64,000 bases of DNA from Bdellovibrionales bacterium (GTDB lineage: Bacteria > Bdellovibrionota > Bdellovibrionia > Bdellovibrionales > DASUEL01), in contig JBFWOZ010000012.1 in NCBI GenBank assembly GCA_050250255.1, positions 2,293 to 66,292 of the forward strand. Direction: 5' to 3'. Position 1 is the stretch's first letter; every line of letters starts with the position of its first letter. The translations under genes were made by a program, and so were the position numbers. This document shows, one piece after another, positions 17,904-27,300 of this stretch. Below the pieces are notes generated by a model that saw only the letters and a program-made list of their open reading frames with translations, did not search any database and was not told the origin of the DNA.

Positions 17904-19586
17904 CTACAGTCCAATCACGCGGCTGATGTCGTTGTAGAGAGCAATAACCATCAATCCTAAAAGCAACACGAGCCCCACTTGCTGAGCCATTTCCATTTTT
18001 TGCATACTTAACGGAGCACCTCGTAAAGCCTCAACGGTGAAGAACACGAGGTGTCCACCATCGAGTACGGGTACTGGCAATAGATTTAAAACGAAAAGGT
18101 TAATAGAGATAATCGCCATGATTTTTAAAAACGGCGAAAGACCAATCTTAAAAGTTTCTTTGGCGAGCTGACCAATCATAATCGGTCCACCGATAGATTT
18201 AACGGAGACGCGCGCTTGAAAGAGGCGCAGGAAACTCAGGCAGATCGTTTTTGTCCATACCCAACTATTTACGGCACCGATAGAAATTGCCTTAATGGGA
18301 TCTTTTGTATTTTCAAGAAATGTTGAAGGTGCGGCATTGGCAATTGTTGGTTGAACTCCAATTGCGTAAGACTCTTCTTCTTTTCCGGTAGGAGCCATTT
18401 GTTTTACTTTTCTCGGGGCGATTTTATAAGAACGCTCTGTTCCATCTCTCAAAACAACGACATTCAGAGGAGCGCTTTCACCGTCCTTGTAAGAACGAAC
18501 GATACCGACCAACTGAGTCCAATTCAAAATTTTGGTATCGTTAATGGAGATAATTTTATCCCCTTCACGTAAGCCAGCCTCTGATGCTGCCGAATCGTTC
18601 ACAACTTTTGAAATGAAAAGATCCGCCGGCAAGAGCCCAAGTCTCTCGAGAGCGTTTTGTCCAGAAGTGGCAGACTCAATATCTGCCAGTGCAATTTCAA
18701 CAGTCTTCTTTTCTGTTTTTTCAAAACCACGCTCAATTTCAAAGATGAAGCTTTTTTTGTTTTTCTGCTCAAGGATAATGCGCTCTAAATCAATCCAACG
18801 TTCTACGGCCGCACCGTTGACGGAAGTGATAATATCTCCGGTTATAAAGCCCGCAGCACCCGCTAAGCTCGTTGGATCTTGCAAACCGACAACACTCGCT
18901 TTTGAATAGTAAACGAGGCCTTCAATGTCTCCCACAACCTGTTCGCTACTAATCACATTTTTATTTGGAGCAGAGGCTGGAGTCGCCACAACTTTTTCAA
19001 CATTTCCATTTGGATAACGAGAAATTTCAAACTCTAAGTTTTTGCCAATAGAAGATTTGATCATTTGATCTACGTCATCCCATTTGGCAACTGGCTGGCC
19101 ATTGACTTTTAAAATAGAGTCACCAGATCGGAAGCCCGCCTGGTGGGCTGCCGTGTTCTCTTCAATATCACCAAGGCGCGGGAGAAGAACCATCTCACCA
19201 ACAATAGCAATGGCAATAAATAAGAAAAAAGCGAAAAATAAATTCATGAGTGGACCAGCAAGTACGATACCGATGCGTTGACCCACCGGCTTATGATTGA
19301 AAGAAAATTGTTTTTGGTTTTCTTCAATGGGAGCTTTCGGATCATCACCGAACATTTTAACATAACCACCAAGCGGAATGATCGAAAGACAATATTCAGT
19401 GTCACCGCGACGAAATTTGAAAATCTTTTTTCCAAATCCTAGGCTGAAAACTTCGACACGAACTCCGAAATATTTTGCGACTGCAAAATGTCCGAGTTCA
19501 TGCACAAAAATAAGTAGCCCGAGGAGAATTACAAGTGGAACAACAAAAGAGACGCCTTCTTGAAGATAACCAGTTAAAATTTCCAT
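17904..19586 (-). CDS. rseP: RIP metalloprotease RseP with three PDZ-like domains
   Basis: HELGHF, PLGGYVKM, AGPLMN, NLLPVPVLDGGH. Confidence 0.95.
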   Translation of the reverse strand: MEILTGYLQEGVSFVVPLVILLGLLIFVHELGHFAVAKYFGVRVEVFSLGFGKKIFKFRRGDTEYCLSIIPLGGYVKMFGDDPKAPIEENQKQFSFNHKPVGQRIGIVLAGPLMNLFFAFFLFIAIAIVGEMVLLPRLGDIEENTAAHQAGFRSGDSILKVNGQPVAKWDDVDQMIKSSIGKNLEFEISRYPNGNVEKVVATPASAPNKNVISSEQVVGDIEGLVYYSKASVVGLQDPTSLAGAAGFITGDIITSVNGAAVERWIDLERIILEQKNKKSFIFEIERGFEKTEKKTVEIALADIESATSGQNALERLGLLPADLFISKVVNDSAASEAGLREGDKIISINDTKILNWTQLVGIVRSYKDGESAPLNVVVLRDGTERSYKIAPRKVKQMAPTGKEEESYAIGVQPTIANAAPSTFLENTKDPIKAISIGAVNSWVWTKTICLSFLRLFQARVSVKSIGGPIMIGQLAKETFKIGLSPFLKIMAIISINLFVLNLLPVPVLDGGHLVFFTVEALRGAPLSMQKMEMAQQVGLVLLLGLMVIALYNDISRVIGL

Positions 19587-19654
19587 AGATTTATTCTATA
19601 TGGGAGAGGTTCGCGCGGGCTAGCAATTTGTCATTGGGAATTACAATTGAAGTA

Positions 19655-20470
19655 TTAATGCGGTGCTTTGATAAGGAGATGCGAAACGAACCAGTAAAAA
19701 AATGGAGCAGACCAATAAACACCATCAAGCCGATCCATAAGTCCGCCATGGCCGGGCATAATTTGCCCACTGTCTTTTACGTGAGAGGCACGCTTCATCA
19801 AAGACTCGACCAAGTCTCCCGTCTGGGCCAGTAGCGAAATAACCACACCAAGAATCAAAAAAGCCACAAGACTTTCAGACAAGTACCAGCCGACGGCAAG
19901 GGAGGTGAGTGTTGTTGCAACCAAAGCAGCGAGAGATCCTTCCAAAGATTTTTTGGGAGAAATCATTTCGACGAGCCGTGTTTTCCCGAACTTCATTCCA
20001 AAAAGATAAGCCGCTGTGTCGCCAATAAATACAAGTGCGAGAAAGAAAACAAACCAAAAAATATCGTCTCCCCAATAAAGAATTTGCATTGCAAAAATGG
20101 GGAGCCACACGCAGTAGACAATTCCAAACCCCTTTGCGAGAAACTGAAAATACAGCTGTTCGACGGTTACTCTTTGGGTACGAGCTCGATAGAACAGAAA
20201 AAGAGTTAACGTAAAAATCGCAAAAAGAACCGTCAAGGGATTGAGCCAAAATTCAAAATGCATAAAGTAAAGAGCGATGGTTGAAACCGCAAAGAAAGCG
20301 ACACGATCCACAAAATCTGGAAAATGAAGCCGACCGTATTCAAAAATTACGCGTAGGACGGCAAGGGCACTGAGCAGAGCAAGACCATTTCGTTCACCTA
20401 CGTAGTAGACAAGCAAGATAAGTGCGATCGCCACGGTGGCCGAGGCAATACGAAGGGGAAGACCTGTCAT
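19655..20470 (-). CDS. cdsA: Phosphatidate cytidylyltransferase
   Basis: DTAAY, ISPKKSLEG, GDLVESLMKR...KDSG..MPGHGGLMDRLD. Confidence 0.93.
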   Translation of the reverse strand: MTGLPLRIASATVAIALILLVYYVGERNGLALLSALAVLRVIFEYGRLHFPDFVDRVAFFAVSTIALYFMHFEFWLNPLTVLFAIFTLTLFLFYRARTQRVTVEQLYFQFLAKGFGIVYCVWLPIFAMQILYWGDDIFWFVFFLALVFIGDTAAYLFGMKFGKTRLVEMISPKKSLEGSLAALVATTLTSLAVGWYLSESLVAFLILGVVISLLAQTGDLVESLMKRASHVKDSGQIMPGHGGLMDRLDGVYWSAPFFYWFVSHLLIKAPH

Positions 20471-21195
20471 GTCGTCACTTCCAGCTGAACCTGATGCGAA
20501 GTTTTTCCATATCTGCGTTCGCGCTTTTCGTAGGCGCCGAGAGCTTTCTCTAACTCTGTAGAGTCAAATTCGGGCCAATTTTTTTCGGTAATATAAAACT
20601 CGCTGTAGGCGGACTGCCAAAGTAAAAAGTTAGAAATACGAAACTCTCCGCTCGTGCGGATCACCAAATCCGGGTCCGGAAGATAAGAAGAGTTTAAGTG
20701 AAAGGCAATCAGGGACTCACTCACGTCATCAGAAGAAATTTTTCCGGATCTCACGTTGAGGACAATTTCTTTTACAGCTTCGGTGATCTCTTTTCGACTT
20801 CCGTAGTTCACTGCGAAAGTAAGTACCATGCCGGTATTTTCTCGGGTGACTTCAATAGACCTTAAGGTTTCACGACGAACACCCTCAGGAAGCTCCTCAA
20901 CATTACCAATGACTCGAAATTGGATATTGTTTTTAATCAGGGTTTCGCGTTCTTTACGGATATTTCGCTCGAGGAGCTTCATTAAAAAGAAAACTTCCTC
21001 TTGAGGTCTGAGCCAGTTTTCGGTGCTAAAAGCATAAAGAGTGAGATACTTAAGTCCACGCTCAGCACAAGCCGTGATGGTAGATCGGGCAACCCGAGCT
21101 CCTTTAAGATGTCCATAGTTGCGTGGGCGATTTTGCTTTTTGGCCCAGCGACCGTTTCCATCCATAATGATGGCAATGTGAGTTGGCATGGACAT
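20467..21195 (-). CDS. uppS: Undecaprenyl diphosphate synthase
   Basis: HIAIIMDGNGRWA, YAFSTENW, IRTSGEFRISNFLLWQ. Confidence 0.96.
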   Translation of the reverse strand: MSMPTHIAIIMDGNGRWAKKQNRPRNYGHLKGARVARSTITACAERGLKYLTLYAFSTENWLRPQEEVFFLMKLLERNIRKERETLIKNNIQFRVIGNVEELPEGVRRETLRSIEVTRENTGMVLTFAVNYGSRKEITEAVKEIVLNVRSGKISSDDVSESLIAFHLNSSYLPDPDLVIRTSGEFRISNFLLWQSAYSEFYITEKNWPEFDSTELEKALGAYEKRERRYGKTSHQVQLEVTT

Positions 21196-21208
21196 GCTTC
21201 AAGATCCC

Positions 21209-21766
21209 CTAAACGGTCATGATTTCTTTTTCTTTATCCGCCGAAATCTTATCGATTTTTTTGATGTAATCGTCGGTCATTTTCTGAACGTCTTCAGCGA
21301 AACGCTTTTCTTGATCTTCAGAAACTTTTTTCTCTTTTAAAAGCTTTTTGCCTTCTTCGTTGGCATCACGTCGAGCCATACGAACAGCGACGCGAGCGTC
21401 TTCCACTGTTTTTTTCATATTTTTAACAAGGTCTTTACGGCGCTCTTCAGTGAGATCGGGAAGTTTTAAGCGAATGACTTTGCCATCGTTGATAGGACTC
21501 ATGCCGAGATCGCTTTTCACGATAGATTGTTCAATTTCTTTCAACATTGGGGCTTCCCATGGAGAAATTAAAAATGAGCGAGCGTCGGGACATGAAAGAG
21601 CGGCCACCTGATTCAGTGGAGTCATATTACCGTAGTAGTTCACACGAATCGGGTCGAGCATAGCGACTTGCGCACGCCCAGTGCGAACTTTTGAAAGTTG
21701 TTGGTTTAAAGATTCAATGGATTTATCCATTGCCTGTTTTTTTGCGTTCTTCACTTGGTCTAACAT
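21209..21766 (-). CDS. frr: Ribosome recycling factor
   Basis: RTGRA, NDGKVIRL, LTEERRKDLVK; conserved position after pyrH. Confidence 0.96.
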   Translation of the reverse strand: MLDQVKNAKKQAMDKSIESLNQQLSKVRTGRAQVAMLDPIRVNYYGNMTPLNQVAALSCPDARSFLISPWEAPMLKEIEQSIVKSDLGMSPINDGKVIRLKLPDLTEERRKDLVKNMKKTVEDARVAVRMARRDANEEGKKLLKEKKVSEDQEKRFAEDVQKMTDDYIKKIDKISADKEKEIMTV

Positions 21767-21768
21767 AG

Positions 21769-22506
<738 letters not shown>

Positions 22507-23163
22507 TTAGTTTTTAACACCTGCTTGAGCAGCTACTTCTGATGCGAAATCATCTTTTTTCTTTTCGATGCCTTCGCCAAGTTCAAAGCGTACAAAACGA
22601 CGAATCACGATGTTTTCACCGATCTTCGCAATTGTCTCATTCAAAAGATCCTTAATAGAGAGATCAGGATTTTTCACAAACGCTTGGCTCATGAGACACT
22701 TATCAGAAGACCATTTTTTAATTTGGCCTTCAACGATACGTTCAATCATCTCTGCTTTTTTGCCAGCTTCCTGAGCTTGTCCAATAAAAATACGACGTTC
22801 TTGTTCGACAGCTTCTTGAGGAAGATCTTCTTGCGAAACGCAAAGTGGATTTGTCGCAGCAATGTGCATGGCGATGTCTTTTGCAAAAGCTTGGAACTGC
22901 TCCGTTTTAGCAACGAAGTCAGTTTCCGAGTTGATTTCTAAAAGAACGCCAATGCGGCCTTCACCGTGAATATAAGAAGTGACAAGGCCTTCCGCAGCTA
23001 CGCGACCTGCTTTTTTAGCGGCCGCGCTCAAACCTTTTTTGCGAAGCCATTCTACAGCTTCGTCAAATTTGCCCGCAGTTTCCTGGAGGGCTTTTTTGCA
23101 ATCCATCATTCCTGCGCCAGTACGCTCGCGCAGTTCTTTTACTTCAGCTGCACCAAATGACAT
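22507..23163 (-). CDS. tsf: Elongation factor Ts (short form)
   Basis: VKELRERTGAGMMDCKKAL, ETDFVAK. Confidence 0.97.
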   Translation of the reverse strand: MSFGAAEVKELRERTGAGMMDCKKALQETAGKFDEAVEWLRKKGLSAAAKKAGRVAAEGLVTSYIHGEGRIGVLLEINSETDFVAKTEQFQAFAKDIAMHIAATNPLCVSQEDLPQEAVEQERRIFIGQAQEAGKKAEMIERIVEGQIKKWSSDKCLMSQAFVKNPDLSIKDLLNETIAKIGENIVIRRFVRFELGEGIEKKKDDFASEVAAQAGVKN

Positions 23164-23165
23164 GA

Positions 23166-24107
23166 TTATTCCTCCTCAGTAGCAGGAGTTTCGTCTTCTG
23201 GCTTATCAAGTTCGGCAGCGATTTCCACTTCTTCTGCCAATCCAGCTGCCACAAGCTTACGAGCTTTCTTAATAACAGTTGGTCCGCCTTCAGCGCGCTG
23301 AGGACGTTCTTTCTTTGCGAACTTCTGTTCTTTTTCAACATCAGATTGTTTGTCTGTGCTTGAACGAAGAGTGAGTTCGTATTCTTTTGCACCTTCAAGG
23401 TAGGCCTCAGCAATTAAATTTGCGAAAAGCTTAATCGAGCGAATCGCATCGTCATTTCCTGGAATTGGGAAATCAATCGCCGAAGGATCTGTGTTTGTAT
23501 CAGCGATACCAACAACAGGAATTCCAAGACGTTTGGCTTCTGCAATAGCGATGTGTTCTTTTTTAAGATCCACGACAAACATAGCCGCAGGAGGATCGCG
23601 CATTTCGCGGATACCTTCTAGGTACTCATTCAATCGGACGTACTCTTTTTCAAGAATCGCGCGCTCACGTTTGTTGAAGTAATTCATTTCGCCCTTTTCT
23701 TTCATGATGTCTAATTTCTTAAGGCGATCGATGCTCATTTTGATCGTAGAAAAATTTGTGAGTGTTCCGCCGAGCCAACGTTTTGTTACGAAGAACTGGC
23801 CAGATTTTTTTGCGGCTTCAAGAACAGGCTCAACCGCTTGTTTCTTTGTTCCAACAAAAATAAATCGTCCACCTTGAGCGGCGATATTTTTTGTAAACTC
23901 AATCGCTCTTTGTGCACCAAAAAGTGATTTTTGAAGATCGATAATATGAATACCACTACGAACTCCAAACACATAGTTTTTCATTCGTGGGTTCCAACGT
24001 TGAACCTGATGTCCGAAGTGAACTCCGGCGTCCAACATTTCTTTCATTGTGATCTGGACATTGGATTTCGACGAAGCGTAATCCTGCGTTTCGGTACCTT
24101 GTACCAT
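23166..24107 (-). CDS. rpsB: 30S ribosomal protein S2
   Basis: AGVHFGHQ..RWNP, RWLGGTLTN, DTNTDP, PGNDDAIRS; AAGGAGG RBS; acidic C-terminal tail. Confidence 0.97.
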   Translation of the reverse strand: MVQGTETQDYASSKSNVQITMKEMLDAGVHFGHQVQRWNPRMKNYVFGVRSGIHIIDLQKSLFGAQRAIEFTKNIAAQGGRFIFVGTKKQAVEPVLEAAKKSGQFFVTKRWLGGTLTNFSTIKMSIDRLKKLDIMKEKGEMNYFNKRERAILEKEYVRLNEYLEGIREMRDPPAAMFVVDLKKEHIAIAEAKRLGIPVVGIADTNTDPSAIDFPIPGNDDAIRSIKLFANLIAEAYLEGAKEYELTLRSSTDKQSDVEKEQKFAKKERPQRAEGGPTVIKKARKLVAAGLAEEVEIAAELDKPEDETPATEEE

Positions 24108-24122
24108 AGGGCCTCCTTATTC

Positions 24123-24228
24123 TGGTTTTTCCTCCCCCTCGACGATGCGGCTGTCTCACGCTTGCGTTAGGCTTAACCTTACGCTTTGCGCAATACAATC
24201 ACCAGCGGAGTATCAAGGGGTGTGTATT
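24123..24228 (-). ncRNA. rpsB 5' leader (t44 / S2 autoregulatory element)
   Basis: Minus strand reads ACACACCCCTTGA ... TCGAGGGGGAGGAAAAACC, matching the CACAC...GGAGG..AACC closing arms of t44/S2 leaders; CCCCTTGA pairs with TCGAGGGG. Confidence 0.7.
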
Positions 24229-24386
24229 TGGGCTTTATGCCCATGTTTGACTGGCAGAGGTAACATGTAGGCCCTCGATCTTCAAGGGTAATTCCCTTGG
24301 GAACGCGCTTTTTACCCCTCTCTTGTTAAGTTTCTAGACTGGACCACCGAAAGGCTAGGTAGGAACTCAAAAGGCAGGCATCTTGT

Positions 24387-25220
24387 ATGGCAAAAATAGC
24401 GTTCTTTTTGGTCGCCCTTTTTCTCGTATTCCCATCCCATGGCCAAATTTTTAATCCCCGCGATACCGCTTTAAGGAAGTCCTTCGAAGAGCCGCTCTCA
24501 AAAGCCAAAAAGAAAGAAGATCGCCGCAAAGAGGTGGAACGTCTTGTGGATTCGTGGACCGATATACGATTTATGGCGTTTTTTATCGTTGGGGCGCCTC
24601 ATCTCTATTTAAACCCAGAGAATGTGCACACAAGCTCTAAGGACTTTCTCGAGTTTCTCCACGATCGCTATAACAAAAACTCCAAGCAAATCTTTGTTCG
24701 CAAGCTTCAAAATAATATTTTAAAAGGCCAGACGGAGGAGCTCGTTTGCCATCTCATCGTGACCGCGAAGAAAAAGTTTCCCGAAATGAAGGTGATGTTG
24801 GTTGGCCATAGTTACGGTGGCTCTGGGGCGGTTCGTATCGCCAATTGTTTAGATCAAAATCGTACCTACCTTGAGGAATTAGTGACGGTGGATACCGTAA
24901 AGCGACCTGTGGATATAGGCGTGGATGTGTGGGATATTCCATGGGCTGTGATTGAAAATTTTCATTTCCACCAGAAACACGGAATTTTTCGAGGACCAAA
25001 AGCGAATCATCGTCCTGACGGCTCAACAGAAGGTATTGAAAGTTATCGACAATTTATTATGAAGGGTGTTTTCAACCCTCACATGTATACGTTCACGAAT
25101 CTCGTTCGTTATCAAATTCTCCAAACACTCGCGCTTCGTGTTTTTGAACCGAGTGCCGAGCATGATTTTGCTTTTCGAACGACACTTTGGTCTTATCTCG
25201 AAAAACATCCGTTAGAATAA
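24387..25220 (+). CDS. Secreted alpha/beta-hydrolase fold protein
   Basis: Signal peptide, nucleophile elbow LVGHSYGG, LVTVD, candidate catalytic His (NPH). Confidence 0.7.
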   Translation: MAKIAFFLVALFLVFPSHGQIFNPRDTALRKSFEEPLSKAKKKEDRRKEVERLVDSWTDIRFMAFFIVGAPHLYLNPENVHTSSKDFLEFLHDRYNKNSKQIFVRKLQNNILKGQTEELVCHLIVTAKKKFPEMKVMLVGHSYGGSGAVRIANCLDQNRTYLEELVTVDTVKRPVDIGVDVWDIPWAVIENFHFHQKHGIFRGPKANHRPDGSTEGIESYRQFIMKGVFNPHMYTFTNLVRYQILQTLALRVFEPSAEHDFAFRTTLWSYLEKHPLE

Positions 25221-26339
25221 TTAAATGGATAAATCCGCTTGATGGGGGGAGCTTCGTTTCAGCTCTCTCAATGTGGCGAGAGTGACTGTGTGGGCACGAG
25301 TGACGGCACCGATCATGTTTGGTACTGGCTCGAGCATCGAAGAAGCGAGATGGAAATTTTTAACTCCGGTCATTGCCGAATCTGATTCATTTTTCCCACC
25401 CAAGGTTCCATGACTTTTTGGAGTGACGAGAACTTTTTCCTGTTTGGAATCCAAAGCCGTAGGATAAGATTTCAGAATTAATTTTTTCATTTCACGAAGA
25501 GCAGATGCGGTTTCTTCTTCGTCGGCTTCAAAGCCTGGCGCAAAGGTCAGCCAGTGGGAGTGCTGTGTTCCATCTGCTAATTCATGGAAATGTCCCAGCA
25601 CCACTCGCGGTTCTTCGCCAGGACCTACCAGAACATTTAGTCCTGGTTGAGCCGCGATGGGAGTTGTGTGTCTGAGCTCTAAATTGATCGAAGTCCAAAA
25701 TTTTGTTTTGGTCAAACGCTGACGAGTTTTTCCGGGCAAGATGTTAGCGGGAAGTAAAGTTTCGAGAGCCATTGGGTGGCCGGCAAAAATCACACGCTGA
25801 ACGCGAATTTTTTTGTCACCATTCACGATGAGACTTTTGATTTCGTCGTTTTCGACTTCTAGTTTCGTCACGCTTGAGCGAAGGAGCAGTTTTCCCTGCA
25901 GACCTTCGAGCAATGAGGCTGGCCATGTGTGCACAGGCTGGCTGGGACTTAGAAGCTTTGTCTGCAAATAGTAATCGAGCACTTCGCGGTCAGGAGGAGT
26001 TTTCTCTCCAAACCCCACGAAAGGTTGAAAGCTAAAAGAGTCGCCGGACTTACTCCAAGTCATCAGAGAATTTTCTTTTTCTTCAAACTGAATTCCGAGA
26101 AGTTGATTCATAATTTGAGTGAAGTCTTGGGTCTCTTGCTGAGCAATGGCGGGGATTTGTTTTAAGCCGTAGTCACAAAATCCAGCACCTTTTGCGAGTC
26201 CGCGTACGGAGCCACCGAAATCGGAATGAGCTTCAATCACAACGAAATTCATCATTCCGTTTTTGGCGAGGGTTTGAGCGGCCACACATCCCGCAAGGCC
26301 AGAACCAATAATTGCAATATCGTATTCAAACTCTTTCAT
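25221..26339 (-). CDS. FAD/NAD(P)-binding oxidoreductase (amine oxidase/phytoene desaturase-like fold)
   Basis: N-terminal dinucleotide-binding motif YDIAIIGSGLAG...IEA...GG. Confidence 0.65.
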   Translation of the reverse strand: MKEFEYDIAIIGSGLAGCVAAQTLAKNGMMNFVVIEAHSDFGGSVRGLAKGAGFCDYGLKQIPAIAQQETQDFTQIMNQLLGIQFEEKENSLMTWSKSGDSFSFQPFVGFGEKTPPDREVLDYYLQTKLLSPSQPVHTWPASLLEGLQGKLLLRSSVTKLEVENDEIKSLIVNGDKKIRVQRVIFAGHPMALETLLPANILPGKTRQRLTKTKFWTSINLELRHTTPIAAQPGLNVLVGPGEEPRVVLGHFHELADGTQHSHWLTFAPGFEADEEETASALREMKKLILKSYPTALDSKQEKVLVTPKSHGTLGGKNESDSAMTGVKNFHLASSMLEPVPNMIGAVTRAHTVTLATLRELKRSSPHQADLSI

Positions 26340-26390
26340 TAAGGGTGCGTCCTTTTGTAAATCAATTGCGCACCCTCAAGAGTCGCGAAC

Positions 26391-27233
26391 TCAGAGGATC
26401 TTTTCAAGACAAAATGTGATGACCCTAAGCATTGTTCGTGCAGGCCGCTTTGAGTTTGGGTTTCGCTGCATCCAAGCTGCGATAGAAGGGGAAATGTCGT
26501 AGTATTTTTCGATGAAAGTTTGGCCAATTTTATTTTTTGAAAGCCAATCGTCACGAAAACGGCGTAAAAGCTGAACTTCTACAGCCTCGGGACTTTCGAA
26601 GGCGGCGGTGGCGATAAAACAGCCTTTTCTTTGAATCCCAAACTGCTTTTGAAGATTTCTGAAAATTTCCGGATTTCTTGCTTGTTTTGTGTAAGCAATC
26701 GCGTTCTTGGAAAGTTGTACGAGAATGGAGCTGTGAGGTGCGAAAAGAAGAAGTTTCTCAATAGATTTTTGCAGACGGTCTGCATAGTTCCCACCCGAAT
26801 CATAGATGCGTACGAGGTCCCAGTACACGGTAGTAATTACGGTGAGTTCTTTTTGACGGGCTTTGTTTTTAAAAACATCCGGTGTTAATTTCCCTGCCGG
26901 AATTTCATAAATTACTTCGAGAAGTTTGAGATATTTTTCATAGAGAACAGCTGCCTCGGTGTATGACTTATTAGTCATATGCTGTCTGGCTTGTTTAAGA
27001 AGGACCACGCGGTTTCGCCACATATTCATGCGGTGTTGAGCGCGAGCTTGTTCTTTCGCTCGTAACTGTGCGCCTTGAGAAATGATGCCAGAATAGCTTG
27101 AATAGCAATTATTGCAGACGGTGTCGTGAACGGAGGTTTCTCCTGCTTCACGGAGGCGTTGCTTAAAGCCGCCATCTAAATTCAAGAGAGAATCAAAGTC
27201 CCCGCCACAGCTGGGACATTTCTGTTTGGACAT
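26391..27233 (-). CDS. Zn-finger + helical (TPR-like) protein with C-terminal CFI-box-CTERM domain
   Basis: CPSC...CNNC; GCFIATAAFESPEAVEVQLLRRFRDDWL...G..FIEKYY..SPSIA. Confidence 0.75.
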   Translation of the reverse strand: MSKQKCPSCGGDFDSLLNLDGGFKQRLREAGETSVHDTVCNNCYSSYSGIISQGAQLRAKEQARAQHRMNMWRNRVVLLKQARQHMTNKSYTEAAVLYEKYLKLLEVIYEIPAGKLTPDVFKNKARQKELTVITTVYWDLVRIYDSGGNYADRLQKSIEKLLLFAPHSSILVQLSKNAIAYTKQARNPEIFRNLQKQFGIQRKGCFIATAAFESPEAVEVQLLRRFRDDWLSKNKIGQTFIEKYYDISPSIAAWMQRNPNSKRPARTMLRVITFCLEKIL

Positions 27234-27300
27234 AGCTTACATTTTAATGTGAGTAGAATGGAATGGGTACACTTATATCTTTGCCCGACTAGACCAAAGC

